From the NCBI GenBank assembly GCA_013239625.1, contig MU054187.1:23684795-23748794 (forward strand): a DNA stretch of 64,000 bases, given 5' to 3'. Numbering within the stretch: position 1 is the stretch's first letter; each line of letters starts with the position of its first letter. The position numbers and the translations under genes are program-made. Origin of the DNA: Lama guanicoe (Eukaryota). The notes beneath the pieces were generated by a model, which was given only the letters and a program-made list of their open reading frames with translations, had not been told where the DNA came from and did no database searches. Shown here piece by piece: positions 12,515 through 26,529 of this stretch.

Positions 12515-13470
12515 CAATCCAAAAATGGGCAGGAGACCTAAACAAGCAATTCTCCAATGAAGACATACAAATAGCCAATAGGCACATGAAAAAATGCTCA
12601 ATATCACTAGTTATCAGAGAAATGCAAATCAAAACTACAATGAGGTATCACCTCACACCAATCATAATGGTCTTTATTCAGAAGTCCACAAATGATAAAG
12701 GCTGGAGAGGGTGTGGAGAAAAGGGAACCCTCCTACACTGTTGATGGGAATGCAGTTTGGTACAGCCATTGTGGGCAACAGTGTGGAGATTCCGCAAAAG
12801 ACTAAAAACAGATTTACCATTGACCCAAGAATCCCACTGCTAGGCATATATCCAGAGGGAACCTTAATTCAAAAAGACACCTGCACCCCAATGTTCAAAG
12901 CAGCACTATTTACAATAGCCAAGACATGGAAACAGCCTAAATGTCCATCAATAGATGAATGGGGAAAGAATTTGTGGTATATTTATACAATGGAATACTA
13001 CTCGGCCATAAAAAATGATAAAATAATGCCATTTGCAGCAACATGGATGGCACTGGAGAATGTCATTCTAAGTGAAGTAAGCCAGAAAGAGAAAGAAAAA
13101 TATCATATGAGGTCGCTCATATGTGGAATCTAAAAAAATCATAAATGACAGATAAACATTAATATAAAACAGAAACAGACTCACAGACTTAGAATACAGA
13201 CTTGCAGTTGCCAGGGGGGAGCAGGGTGGGAAGGGATAAATTGGGAATTCGAGATCTGCAGATACTGATCGGTATATATAAAATAGATAAACAAGTTTAT
13301 ACTGTATAGCACAGGGAAATATATTCAATATCTTGTAGTAGCTTACAGTGAAAAAGAATGTGAAAATAAATATATGTACGTTCATGTACGACTGGGGCAT
13401 TATGCTGTACACCAGAAACTGACACAACATTGTACACTGTGCCTCAATAAAAGAGAATAATAATAAAAAA
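12515..13470 (+). mobile_element. Relatively young 5'-truncated L1 (camelid-type 3' UTR)
   Basis: ORFs 12433-12744 and 12711-13133 give L1 ORF2p C-terminus ([43 protein letters not shown]); 3' UTR and A-rich tail to ~13470. Confidence 0.95.
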
Positions 13471-14009
13471 TCGAATGAAGCAATGTGAGCTGGAATCCCT
13501 TGTATTAAGGTGATTACATGAATCATGTTTCATGTATTTGCTCAAACAATATCATCAGTAGAGTAAAGGGCATTATTTTGAAAAATACAAAAAAAAAAAA
13601 AATACTGGCTACTTTTCATGACAAAGAAGCCAAGTCTATGAAGGTGACAATTGGAGAAGAGACACTCAACACAACCAAACTTACAATTCTACGCTGTGCA
13701 AGGGAATTCAGTAAGTTCAGTTGTTCAAAAAACAAAGATCTACACTTCCCAAAATGTGTACAGGAAAAAAAAAGTAAATAAAGGAAACTACCTAGCTAAA
13801 TTATACCTGTGTCTGTTTAAAGTAATTAGAAGGTTAAGAGGGAAGGGGAGGAAGAGGTCAGCATTAGGAAAATGGAAGAGAAAATGCAGCGATAAATTTT
13901 TGAGTACAATCAGTTAAAACTCATAATAGTCTTAAGACATTTCAACCTCCCTTCCCTGCACATCCCACGTTAGGAAGAGTGGAAGAGATCAGATCCATCT
14001 AAGCATCAA

Positions 14010-14125
14010 AGGGCAGACGGGGAGGCAGAAAAAGCACTGCTTGTAATTGCCAAATTTACGTGTGGAACAAGAGATGAACCAGGGAATTACAGGCCAATAA
14101 ACCTGAATTCAATTTAGAGAAAGAA
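14010..14125 (+). mobile_element. CR1/L3-like LINE RT fragment
   Basis: 14073-14111 translates DEPGNYRPINLNS, matching the DPGNYRPxSL motif of CR1-group ORF2. Confidence 0.55.
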
Positions 14126-17100
14126 ATGGAAAACACGTGGAACTGCTTAGGTACAAAGCCCTTGAGGAATTTCTATAACTGTGCTTCCCAAAAGCCAGAT
14201 CAATAGTTTGGCAACATTAAAATCCCCTCAGGGGTGGGGAGACATTTTCCAAAATGTAAAAATATAAAGTTCCCTGTCAGACATCTTGAAATAGACCTTC
14301 TGGAGGAACCAAGAAAGCATCACTTGAGACCGGCTCCTCCAGAGGACTCATCTGCACATTCACGTGTGAGACCCACAGCTCCAGGGCACGAGACGAAGTG
14401 ACAACAAGAGATGATGGATCAAAAAATTTTAAATACTGATGGCATCTTTTCAAATTAGTGCTACTCACTCGATACATGTGTTACACGTTAAGAGTACGCA
14501 GTTTATAAAAGCAAACTGAATTTCAACCTATGATTACAATTAATTTTAAATGGATGCCCCAAATTTTTTAAACCTGGACAAGCTATAAGTAAAGTTGTCT
14601 TAGCTCAAATATTCTAGCATTATGTGTGTAGGATTTAACTTGCTTAGTAAAAATCCCTTTTTAAAAAATTTTTTAAGATTAACTTTTAAAAATCACACCA
14701 TATGGGGGAAATGGGGTGGAAGATAACCTTCCATGAGAGAAAAGGTACAGTGGACAGAGGAATAAAGTGGAGCTCATTGGTGAAAAGCTCATTCCTGTTC
14801 ACCTGCACTCTGTGGCTACACGTGCACCTGTTGCCAATTTCAAAAGATTACAAACAGATCAGTTCATTTTTTTCATGGCTGATCTCTTCTGTTCAGAAGG
14901 TAAATGTATAAACTCCTGCTTCATGCTTTTGTTTATCCATCTGAATCAACATGATGTTTAAATAAACAGGCAAAAAAAAAAAAAAGTCCTCCAAACTCCG
15001 AATTCTTCAATTAATGCTAACACCATGTCTCTTGAGTCTCTCTCTGGATCCCACCTGACAGTCATTAAGCCAAAAAGGGAAGGATCCTGGAGTTGAAGTC
15101 CCACTTTCCATCACTTGCTTCTTCCCCATCCTCAGAGAATACTTTGACAAAAGCACCATCATAGACATTCGTGTAACATAAACATAAGGGTGAGTGATTC
15201 TTCTCAATCTTGTGACTATCCAGATATTTACCGAAGCTTCTTGCCACCTAAGAACTGAACTGTCATCATTTCATCAACTGAGTCACTTTGAGGTGATTTA
15301 TAAAGATACTGTTATACCGTTTGGAATGCATCCTGCCATAATAAGAAAGACTTGGAAAGAAAAATTAGTCAGTTGTATCTCCAAAAACAGATCAAAGCCC
15401 TTCTTAGTCACAAAGTCATTCCCCTCTAAGCTTGTATAAAGGAGTCTATAAAGAAGTCAGTCACTGACAGCTCACATTACACACACTGAAAGTTGGAAAC
15501 ACATGGTCTGTACTAGTTTCCTGCCTGCATCCTGGACTCTCCAGACTGTATGCGCAGCAAAGGCTTTGACATCTACTTTTTTGTGTGTGCAAGATACTAG
15601 ATACAAACCATAATGCATATTGTCACTTAAGTTTATAATTATTTCCTAGTGAAATGAACACGAATGTCTGCCATGCTGGGAAATGCCAAAAACGTTCACA
15701 TGAAGTGTGACCACAGGCGAGTGGTCTCTCTGGAAAAGGGTGGCCAGTATCTTCATTGTATCAACCACCGTGCTTTGAGATGGAAAATGAAAAGCGAATC
15801 CTATCAGGGAAGACTGTGATGGAAATTCTACTGTGCTCTGCTCTTCCAGCTCTTAAATTGTGTGTCCTCAAGTCTTCCATCTCTTGAATTTTGAAATTCA
15901 AACTTTCTATGTTAAAATATTATCCAGTAATTATTAGACCTAAATAGAGCCCTCACTGGACTAAGAGCATGGGAAAATGTGTAAGTCTTAGAATCCTCTA
16001 AGACTGGAAAAAAGGTTGTATGTTGAAGGATTTGTTCTTTAAGAGCCTGGAACTGGAGGAACTCTTCTACCATCTAATGAAACACTATCAGTCATGGGCA
16101 CAAAAATGACTGAAACAATGGTAGATGGAAAAAACAAGAATCACAAAGTTCACCATTTTCTCTGCATGGGTTTAAAGGTGGAGACAGAGAGGAAGTAAAG
16201 GATCAGCATGAGAGGAGGCGTCACAAACCCTTCTCACATTAGCACATTAAAGTTTACTCGGTCACTTAGCTTCCCATAAAATGTCATCCTTTTTGTTAAA
16301 TCCACCAATAAAAGACTAGGATTATGTCTCATAGGGCTCCATTCAATCATTCTAGAACAAAGGACAAATATTAAAAAGCTAATTTTTCATAGGATAATGT
16401 GCAGTGGGGGAAAGTCCTTTCCCAAACTTCTCTTACTCCCCCAATATGACTCCTTCTCGGCTTCTCTCCGTTTTATATCTGCAATGTCTTACATGTGAGA
16501 CCTAAAAAAAGAACTCCTAGAGCTGAAGTGACTGAGCCTCTTCTTTGCATTTTCCTGGAAGCAGGAAAACAGTTATCCCCTTTTAATATCACTCTGACTC
16601 ACTTGCTACAAGTTTTAAAATAAGATGAAAATCCCTAGATGTATGTTAAAACAGCTCTTTTCCCAAATCACTCAGACAGCTCTTTCAATATATGCATGCG
16701 TGCATATGCTGTATTCTATATATTTCCTTTAAGAACACACATAGATCTGCAGGAATATGACATTGTGTATCTATAGTTAGAAATGTGTTTAACTGTAACA
16801 TTACAGATAAGTTTAAACAAAGGTGAAACAAAGACACTCTTAGTTAATGGTGCCTAGAACAGTGACGATGGATTCATAGCTACAGTATGAATAACTTTGC
16901 TACTGAGGAAGAAAGCATATCTCAGATGAAATTATTTGAGACAAAGTCAATTTGTCAAAGTCTGAATTTGGAAGATATTTGGTAATGCCTTAATATTTTC
17001 TCTCCATCCTTTGGCCCCATGAAATCAACATTCAAATGGCTAAAACATTTTATTGTTTCTCTAGGTATTTTTGTCAACAGAGGGCCAGAATCTAAATAAT

Positions 17101-17934
17101 AATAAAATAACATTTATGGAATCCATATTACAATGGTAATTTCTGTAATTTGGTCGTTGACACCAGAGCAGAATGCCCATTTTTTCGACAATAGCACAAT
17201 CCCTCATAAGCCCTCACAGTGACACTGGAGTCCGAAGCCCTGGTTTTCTACCCTGGTTTCTACCAAGAGCTTCCTGTGAAGGCTGAGGTGACATCATGCC
17301 CACAACCAGGTCTACGGACTCCTCATCTGATAAAGCTTTGATTTAGATTATGGTGAGAGCCCCAGCATGAAAAACAGAATTAGGGGGGCAAAGAGCCACA
17401 ATCTCAGCACTTTGTTGTCACGTCTCAAATAAAATTAGTCGAGGAAATTTCTGGAGGAAAAATAAAAAGTTATTTGTCAACTCTGGAGAACAAATATTGA
17501 GTATAAGTCCAAAACTTATTGCTTAAACCCAACCTTAAGCTTCTTAGCTTTGTGTTTTTTCTCAGTCACACTAGCTCAAAACTCTGCCTCATTTATTCGA
17601 ATTCATGTTTTTCTTACAGAGTAATAATCTGTGTGTGATGCATTCTTACTCCTTCTCCACTGAAGCTCCACTCATGATAATATTCTCCAAACAGGTAAGA
17701 AGCCCAGAGCAGGGAGCACCTCTTAATCCTAACTTGTCCAGGAGAATGGAGGGGAAATGACTGAGAAAAGGGAAGAAAACAGGAAGGCAACTGCACATGT
17801 GTCGGGGGGGTGGGAGGGAGAGGGGCACACACGGCGGGGAATGTGGAAGGGGAAGGGGAAATAGATAAAATGGGACAGGAGAAAGAAACTAAAAAAAAAA
17901 AAAAAAGGATAAACCAATTCACCTGCTTTAGATC

Positions 17935-18440
17935 TCTGTTGTTGAAGCTTTGTCCACCATGTCTCCCCAGTTTCCTGAGGAAAGTCCTGTTCCTCCACCA
18001 TCCAGCTGCGCTACAAGCTGCCATGCGTGGACCCCACGAACTGCCTCCAGCTACAGGAAGAGGTACAGGACTCAAGCTGGGCTAATCAGAAACTTTAAGG
18101 TTTTCATAGCAGAGCTGGGGGTGTATGCATATGGACAGAGGGGAGTTATTTTCTCCCAGAAAGGTGATAAGAAATGGTTGCTAGCTCATAGAAAATCCCA
18201 CACCACATGGAAAAAATTAATCTGCAGCAGGAGAGACTGAGGCCAACCAGGAAAGAGAAGCAGAGATGTGCGTAAGAGAGAAAACTCTACAGAGATCTCA
18301 GCTTGAAGATATTCGCAACTGCCCCAGGCTTGCTTGCTCAGCCCTTCCCCACAATCTGAGTGACAGGAGTGCCTTCCAGTAAACCTCCCATATCACTCAG
18401 GGCAGTTCACACTGGTTTTCTTCGGAATGAAATCTGAAGT
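17935..18440 (+). mobile_element. Old MaLR (MLT1-like) LTR
   Basis: 'gctaatcaga', 'gaggccaacc...agagaagcagagatg', 'ccagtaaacctccc...ggttttc' resemble MLT1 layout. Confidence 0.5.
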
Positions 18441-19048
18441 CTAGAACGAAAGTCTAGAATAAAATGCCCAAATTCCATCACAAAAATTAATCAATCAATC
18501 CATTTGTTGTTTCATTCAGAAAACAATTTTTTTTCTACCCAACCACCATGATATACCTGGAAATACCACAATAAGTAAGTCAGAGATTCAGACTTTCAAG
18601 GAAACTACTTGGAAATATTAAAAGACAAAGCATATTAAAATCAAGGAAAAAGTGGAGAATGTTGACAATATAAGACTGAATTTCAGTTTCTTGTCATGTT
18701 GAACATGCTGTGTATTCACCATCAATCCTAATTTGAAGGCAATATAGAGATTCCAGAAGTAATTATCCTGGATAAAGTGACTAGGAGTATAATTATTTTT
18801 AAGGTTAACGATTGACAATTGAAAACAAATGGGCCTTCGTTTTCCCTAAAGTCAGAATAAAGACAATGTGTCTAGTATCACAATAATTACTTACTACTAC
18901 TTTGGAAGAACTAATCAGTACAATTATCCAGAAGAATGAATCACAGAAAAACACTGAGGAGGTGAGATTATCTTTATATGTAAATGATATGACCATGTAC
19001 CCAGACCACTCCAGAGAATTTACAGAAGGATGGTATAATACAATATGA

Positions 19049-19050
<2 letters not shown>

Positions 19051-19092
<42 letters not shown>
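19051..19092. repeat. (AT)n microsatellite
   Basis: About 21 perfect AT units. Confidence 0.95.
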
Positions 19093-19094
<2 letters not shown>

Positions 19095-19862
19095 CTTTTC
19101 TTTAAATAAAAGTTGCTTGGTAAATATAGTTGAAATTCCTAAATAGCAATGAAAAAGGAAAACAAAAATTAAAGAAGGCTGCAAAACATGACTGAAGGGA
19201 ATAAGCAAACCAGCTTGGTATCTTCCCAGGAAGACTGAATTAAATCAGCGGACAAAACTGAACTCAGAAACAGACTGAAATATATGGAGAAACTGATATA
19301 CAGCAAAGACAGCATTTAAATCAGTGAGAATGCCATAGATTAAATCACTGGTCCCAATGCTTCACTCCTCCTACACCCACACCCTTGCCCTGGCCTCATC
19401 AGAAGCCGAGTGTACATCTGAGCTCCGTGACGTTGGGCCTTGTCAGGTAACCAGCTGGCTTTCGGCAGAAGAATGTGGCCAGGAGACCACGTCCTAGTTA
19501 TGAGGCGAAGAACTGATGCGTTACGTGGGGCTGCTCGTCCTCCGGCGCTTCTGTCCTCCCCCATGGAGCATCTTCCAGTCTGCCTCTGCTTCCAGGAGCA
19601 CGGGAAATCCTCACAGCAGGGCCACCCCCGCAAAGTACATGCACTGAGGTGTCCTGGACCTGCAGACCCGTCAGACCAAGTGGAATTTGTCTTTTATAGT
19701 CCTCAACAGAATCTAAGTGATACAGAGGAAAAGATGTGCCACTCCATAGAGAGTGCTGAATTACCTGCTCATCAACTTGGGGGAAATCCTGAATTATACT
19801 CCAATTTTAGCAGCTGTACCAGAAGTGTTTTAGTAAACCAAAGATTTAAACAGGGAAAAAAA

Positions 19863-19891
19863 NNNNNNNNNNNNNNNNNNNNNNNNNNNNN
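19863..19891. other. Assembly gap (N run)
   Basis: 29 N characters after an A run. Confidence 0.99.
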
Positions 19892-20926
19892 AATTTTTGA
19901 AGGAGACTTTTTGAGGCATGTCAAAAAACTAAAAGCTATCATATAAGTATGTTTGGCTTTTAAAATATATATATATATAAATGTAATATAATTAATCTGA
20001 AAAAAATTAACAAAACCAAAAATGTATCAACAAATTCACTTTATTATGCATGACAGAGAATGGGTCGGTTTTCTTAACAAATATGTATAAAGCTGTTGTA
20101 AATCAATAAGAAAAGAAGACAAAATAAGGAATGGCAGGAAAAGGAAGATCTTGCAATAAAAAATAGTTTAAAATATTTTAAGATGCCAAATATCTATGTT
20201 AATTTAAATTTGCATAAAAATTGATTTCTCACTCATCAGATTTGGAAACAAATGAAAAGTACTGGCAGGTATGTATGGAATCAACCATGTTCAAGCACTG
20301 TTGATAAATAGTAAATTAATGTATGTCGGGGACAGCCAGTTGGCAGAATACACCACAATTCTAAGTGAATATAGCCATTAATGCAGCAATTCCACCTCTA
20401 GAAATTTTATGTTCGATAAACACACATGCTTAAGATTAAGCATACTGCATTGTTGTTTATAATAGACACAACTTGAAAGTGAACTATTTGTCCAGCAATA
20501 AGGCCACAGTTAAATAAAGTACCACATAGGGATGTTATAAGTTACCCTAAAAATATAAGAGCGTTCTGTATGTTCTGATACGAAAAATCCTCCAAAGTGT
20601 ATCTTTATGTTAAAAATGGGTCACATATTTTAAATAATGTTATTCACATGAGGGGAAAGGAAAAAAGGGACACAGGAAGGAAGGAATTGTGTATGTGTCT
20701 AGAAGTTTCTGGAAGTTATGCAAGTAACATGGAGAAAAGAAAATCAGGTTTTTGAAAAAAATAAACAGAATCGAAAACCCTCAGGCAGATGGCTGATCTC
20801 AATACACAGACTCAGGAGGTCTGCCATTTTTAATATGATGCTATAATAGAAGACTCATTTTTCTTCTTAAATGCAAAAGTGAATAATGGACTAATTCATA
20901 TTCAGAAGACTACATTTCTCTCCTAC

Positions 20927-21126
20927 CGAAGAAAGAGATACTTGAGACAGACAGTACACGTATAAATGAAAGACTGAAAGTCTTGTGTTTTCACTGTTCT
21001 TATCCTGCCAACCAACAATATGCAGGTGTTCGGCAAAAGAAAATTCATCAAATTTTAACATCTCTCGATTCAGTTCTTCGTGGGTCTTCAATATTGTGCT
21101 TGTTAGAACACTAAAGATGATCTAAC
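20927..21126 (-). other. Candidate non-coding (5' UTR) exon, 200 nt
   Basis: Minus strand acceptor cttactttaAG|GTTAGA and donor TTCG|GTagga flank non-repeat sequence; early stops in all three frames. Confidence 0.25.
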
Positions 21127-22576
21127 CTTAAAGTAAGTTTTTTAAAAGAAATTCAAATTATTATGTGATTATCCACTCGTAGGGTTTTACACGTTAATGG
21201 ATGCACAAGTTGACAGCAAACCGACATATTTCTCAGCCACGCAGCTAAAAAGAGGGATCGAAATGACTTGAGATGTCCAGTGAGGTAAGAGTAAAATTGT
21301 TTTGCTCTTTCCTAAAAATTGTTTTGAGGAAGTTGCTATTTATTAATGGTAATAACTACAACTGAAATCGCTGAACTAGAACAAGGTTATTATATGCTCC
21401 TTTTATATTTTCCCTAGGTGTTCCGATACACACCTCTGAAAATAGTGACTAATTTTACGTTTTTTAAATGCTAAAGCCAATAGGTATTTACATGAATGTT
21501 CAGTGGGGGAAGATAGAAAAATACTTATTTATACCAGAAATAGATGTAACATAATGGAGATGACTGGAAAAAAAAAAAATCCAGGAGTCTACACTACTCA
21601 CTAGTTAATCAATCACTAAGATAAACATGGCCTTTTTATTATTAAAAGTTAAATATTTTTAAGAAAGTAACTAAAGTAAATGTAAGGTAATAGACACCAT
21701 ACTTTCACCCAGTATGCGCTAAAGGAGTTAAGGAAAGATGTAACTATTGAAATGGATCAGAAAATATCAAACTACAGACTAACACCTACGAATAGGGATG
21801 ACGTATCCGTTCATTCCTTCAGCACACACCTCCTGAGCTCTGGACCTTTTGCATGGCAGTGTCAGGCTCGTGGAATACAGTGGTGGTGACCAAGGCAGTT
21901 AGAATCTGTCTCTTAAAGTTACAATTGACCATAAGAGACAGACAGTAATTTATTACACAAAAACTTTTTACAACAGATGATTTGCACATGCATTTAATTT
22001 ACTCTAATATATAAAATTTAACCATATGTTCCATGCAAAGAGAGAGAAAAACTATTTCATTCAAGTCTCCTTAAATTTCTCCCCCAGCAAACATGAGTTG
22101 GCCTATCTGACTCCAAAGACAGGAAAAGCAAAACTCAAAGGCACAGAGAAACAAAAGAAATTGATACCTGGCTTCTGAGTGTCCACGTGCCAAGTCTTAG
22201 CAATTAATAAGTGTATTAACGGATTTCCAGCAGTAATTTTAAGAGTGAGCTTTTGGGCTTACGTACATATGTTAGTATCTAGCTTTAGGTAAAATAAAAC
22301 ACTCTGCGATCCTAATTATGAAAAGAACTTTGAATTATCAGTAGAGAAGGTTATTATAAATGGTTATTTATAAGTTATAAAACGGGTTCATTTTCTGGTG
22401 ATGGAGGTGGGGGGCAGACTGGGGATTAGCAAGGCTAGATAATGTTTGCTGGGCACTAAAGAGTATGTAGAAGGGTGGGGAAGAAGTGAAGGAGTTAAGC
22501 ATTTTGATGAAGACCCCAAGGTAGGTGGATCTTGGTACATCCGGGGGGAAAAGAGGAAACAGTATAGCTGCTAATA

Positions 22577-23020
22577 CACTGGTTCTCAAAGTGTGGTCCA
22601 GGGACCTCTGTGGGTCCTAAAACTCTGCTCAGATTTTAATATCATGTTATTTACCTTTTTTATTCTCATTTGCTTGCAATTGAAAGTGGAGTTTACCAGA
22701 GGCTACACGATTTATAATATTGCTAGTGTGAATGCAGAAGCAAATATAACAATTCCGCCATCTTTTGTTAAACCAGCTTTTGGAAAAAAGTAACACAATG
22801 TCTTTGTTTTACCACTATTTTTTGTAAATTTTTTTCACAGAAATATGTTAACATAGTAACTTTATTATTGTTAATTTTAAATGAATTTTTAAATAAATAT
22901 TTTAAAACTTTCTCAGGTCTGTCTAGTACTATAAACCTAGGCAGATATAAATCACACTGAAAACTCTGGGGGGCTTCCAATAATTTTAGGCCTGTAAAGG
23001 GGTCTTTAGTTTGAGAGGCA
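22577..23020. mobile_element. hAT-Charlie DNA transposon remnant
   Basis: Begins 'cactggttctcaaagtgtggtcc' and ends 'gtaaaggggtctttagtttgaga', typical Charlie termini. Confidence 0.65.
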
Positions 23021-23384
23021 GAGGCTCAAAGTAGGGCTGTAGGCAAGTATATATGAGAAATGGGCAGGTAGACAGGTGAGACTACAGACTGGAGCTGAGA
23101 AAACCTCTAAACCAGAGATGAAAACTAGCAGTTGTCACTATGAAGGTATTTTAAGTCACCGGAATCCACAGCACTGCCCACATCAACACAGAGTAAGACA
23201 TGGTCCAACATCAAGTCGTGAGCAACCTAAGATTTAACAGTGAGGCAGCTCTAATCTGCAGGGTAGCGTCATGAAGAGGATTACAACTTCTTTTCGATCT
23301 CAAACTACTGTCTACATGTAATTAGCAGCAGTTTTTACTCAGCAGGCTGGTTACTATGTATTAACTGGATTACACCCTCAGTAT

Positions 23385-23830
23385 ACTATTTTTATAGCTC
23401 TGTTGAGGTATGATTGATACACAGTGAGCTGCACATATTTGCAATGTACAGTTCGAGAAGTTCTGACTTCCAGTGTGAAATTATCATCACAATCAGGGAA
23501 ATGAATGTACTCAGTCACCATCGAGTCTTCTCTGGCTCCTTTACAATCCTTCTCTCCCAACTTAGTCCCACCTTCCTCTCCAGTTCCCAGACTTGCTCTA
23601 GACTCGTGTATGTTTTCTCCAGTTTTATATGAATGGAATCCCACAATACGTGTCCTTTTTGTCTGGCTTCATGCACTCGTGATTAGTGTGAGATTCACTC
23701 AGTTGTATCACGTATCAACAATTCACTCCCTTTTTACTAGGAAGTGGCATTCCGCCGCAGGGATGTACCAGCATTTGCTCATGGACACAGTGATGGACTC
23801 TTGGACTGCCACCCGTTTGGGACTCCCTGC
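23385..23830 (-). mobile_element. L1MC/MD-like 3' end
   Basis: 'tttttatagctctgttgaggtatgattgatacacagtgagctgcacatattt...gaatggaatc...gtctggcttc'. Confidence 0.75.
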
Positions 23831-25370
23831 AACATTTCATGCAGCGTTGGTGTACTGGTGATGAGGACTTTCAGCTTCTGTATGCCTGAAAAAATCTTTG
23901 CTTCATTTTTAAAAGATATTTTCACTGAGAATAAAATTCCAAGTTGACAGTTATTTTTCTTTCTTTTAGCATTTTCAAGATATTTTCCCCCAATATCTTC
24001 TTGCTTGCATTATTTCCGACAAGAAACGTATTAGCCTTTCTTGTTCCTTCCTCTGTGTGTAACGTGTCTTTTCTTCTTCTGTCTGCTTTTAAGATTTTCC
24101 TCTAATCACTCATTTGAGCAATTTGATGACCATGTGCCTTGGCGTGGTTTTTTCATGTTTCTTGTGCTTGGGATTTATTTAGCTCCTTGGATCATGAGTT
24201 TATATATTTTCCACCAAATTAGGAAACTCTTTAGTCATTATATCTTCAGCTATTCTTTTTGCTCTCTCCCCTTTCAGGGACTCAAAATATACACATATAT
24301 TCGGCCACTTTTTTTGATTCTTTCTCTTGCTGATTGCAAGTTTACTATTTTTTCCTCCATTAATATCAAATTTGCTATAAATTCCAGATATACCTTTAAT
24401 TTTACATATTATATTTTCTATCTCTAAAAGTTCAATTTGAGTACTTTCAGTATATTCCACATCTTAATTTTTGAACAAAGAATACAGTTATACTGTTTTG
24501 ATATTCTTGTCTGCTAATTCTAACATCTCTGTCATCTCTGGATTAGTTCAGACAGACTGACACATCTTCTCATTATGTGCTGTGTCTTATTGCTTCTTTG
24601 CACGTTTGGTAACTTCTATGATTGCACGTCAGACATTGTGAGTTTTAACTTGTTGGGTGCTGGATATTTTTGTATTCCTATGTACCTTGTAAAGCTGTGT
24701 GGTGGAAAGCAGTTTAGTCACTTACAAAAGTCTTGCTTTTAAGACTTTTTAAGCAGAACTAGAGCAATTTTCAGTCCAAGGTGTTTTTTGTTTTTTGTTT
24801 GTTTTTTTTTTCCCCACTACTAGGGCAAGATGCATCTGAGTATTCTACCAAACACCCTATAAGGGGTGAAATTGTCCAGTCTGGCTGGTGGGAACGGGCC
24901 CTGTTCCCAGCTCTGTGATCACCAGGCATTGCCCCCTCTGATCACTTTGGCTGATTCTTTCCCCTGCACAGTTATGTGCAGATCAGTTCTCAGCTGCATA
25001 CCCAAGGGGGATTCTCCGCATTCTCCAGTGCTTTCCTTCTGTGCAGAATTCTCCCCTGTGGTATTCTGACTTGTGAATTCTAGCTGCCCTAGTTTCTCCG
25101 TACTCCCAGCTTCATCTCATTAACTCAGGGAGTCTGTCTGCCTCACACTGGCCCTGCCTTCCCTGAACTGTTAACCTGGAAACTCTCTCAAGGAAGTAAA
25201 CAGAGATCACCACAGGGCTGATCTCATTTGTTTCCCATCTTTCAGGGATGACTACCCTTCATGCCCTGATGTGCAGTGACTTAAAAACATTGTTTCATAT
25301 GTTTTGTCCATATTTTATTTGTGGAGAGGGATGGTAATTCAGGAGCCTGTTACCTATCTTGATCCATTAC
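23830..25370 (-). mobile_element. Old L1M 5' region with ORF1 remnant
   Basis: ORF 24200-24460(-): IELLEIEN...KWPNIC...GERAKRIAEDIMTKEFPNL resembles L1 ORF1p (EEIMAENFPNL). Confidence 0.75.
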
Positions 25371-25379
25371 CCTTCACCT

Positions 25380-25530
25380 CTTTAATCTTAGAACAACCCA
25401 TGAGTTGAGTATTACTATCTCTAGTTTAGGAAGGAAACTGGGGACACAGTCAATAGCTTGGCTCACTCAAGTTCAGCTAAGATGGTACAGCATTCCTTCC
25501 AAAGCTCTCGCACGTAGCCATCATGACATA
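25380..25530 (+). mobile_element. MIR SINE
   Basis: 'tttaatcttagaacaacccatgagttgagtattact...ggaaactggg'. Confidence 0.55.
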
Positions 25531-26529
25531 CCACCTACAGAGGAACTGAGAGATCGCTGAATGCATCGTTAACACTGGGATTATTTTTTTTTTATAATAA
25601 CAGCTAGATTCTCACCTTTGTAAACTGGATTAGAAACAGTCTTTCCTTAAAAGGCTTAATAAATGAACTAAGTGAGCCTTGAATGCTACAGACAGCAACA
25701 AGGACTAAAGGTCCTTTAAGGACTAACGATGTTTTTTACATCCACTGGTCAGCCACCAAGGTGAAGCTCCCACTCCCTCCACAACAGTAATTATCAGACA
25801 TCAGGCATCTCAAACAGCGAGGAGGCAGGCACCAACTTCTGAGGCACTGGATCCTTCTCTGGATTGATCTATCTCTGAGTTCGCTTTTACATTATGATAA
25901 AGAAATATATTAGAAATGATAAAACAAATCTGTTGCCTTGCAGCTTCTACCCAATCATGGCAGTTTATAGAAATAACCAACTCCAGAGCTCACGCTAGTG
26001 AGCAGTCAAATACACAAACGTTCTTCCCTGGCAGGGCACTGCAACACAGATCTGACATAGGTTTTCCTTCACAATTTCTACAATGTTCTATTCTTTTCAT
26101 CTTGGGATATAATCAAATCTTCCTAAAATCTGTGAAAATCACATTGAATGGTAAACTGCAACCTGACAAAGAGATGAGGAATGAGACAGTATGATTAATT
26201 TAATATTACATACAATTTAAGATTACGCCACATTTAGTATTATACGTAATTGAACAAAGGCTGCCAATTTTCTAACGAGGAAGAAATCATAAAGGGTACT
26301 CAACAGAAAAATTACACTGAGCACTCGATAGTCAATCTTGAATCAGCAAATCAAATCAACAGCAGTATTCAGTTTTTACTCCAGGTAAGATGCTATACTG
26401 GGATAGAGTTAGCATTTTCTTCACATGTGTTAATGATTTCTTCTCAGTTTGGAATATAAAAGACGTGAGCGATGGAACTGGATGACCCTGTCCTTACTGA
26501 GAACCTCGGAGTTAATTCTCGCCTGTATT

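Larger units (their letters stand above)
18780..20730 (+). mobile_element. Ancient L1 (L1ME-like) ORF2/3' region, fragmented
   Basis: 18968-19000 translates LSLYVNDMTMY (cf. L1 RT LSLFADDMIVY); downstream 'gcagcaattccacctctagaaattt' and 'aactatttgtccagcaata' are L1 3' ORF2-like. Confidence 0.7.

Noticed and set aside
12433..13133. ORFs with clear protein-like sequence
   Set aside because: Frameshifted L1 ORF2p C-terminus, not a host gene; likewise 4964-5341 and 24200-24460 are L1 remnants.
19440..19946. 168-aa ORF
   Set aside because: Spans an N gap and repeat-derived sequence.
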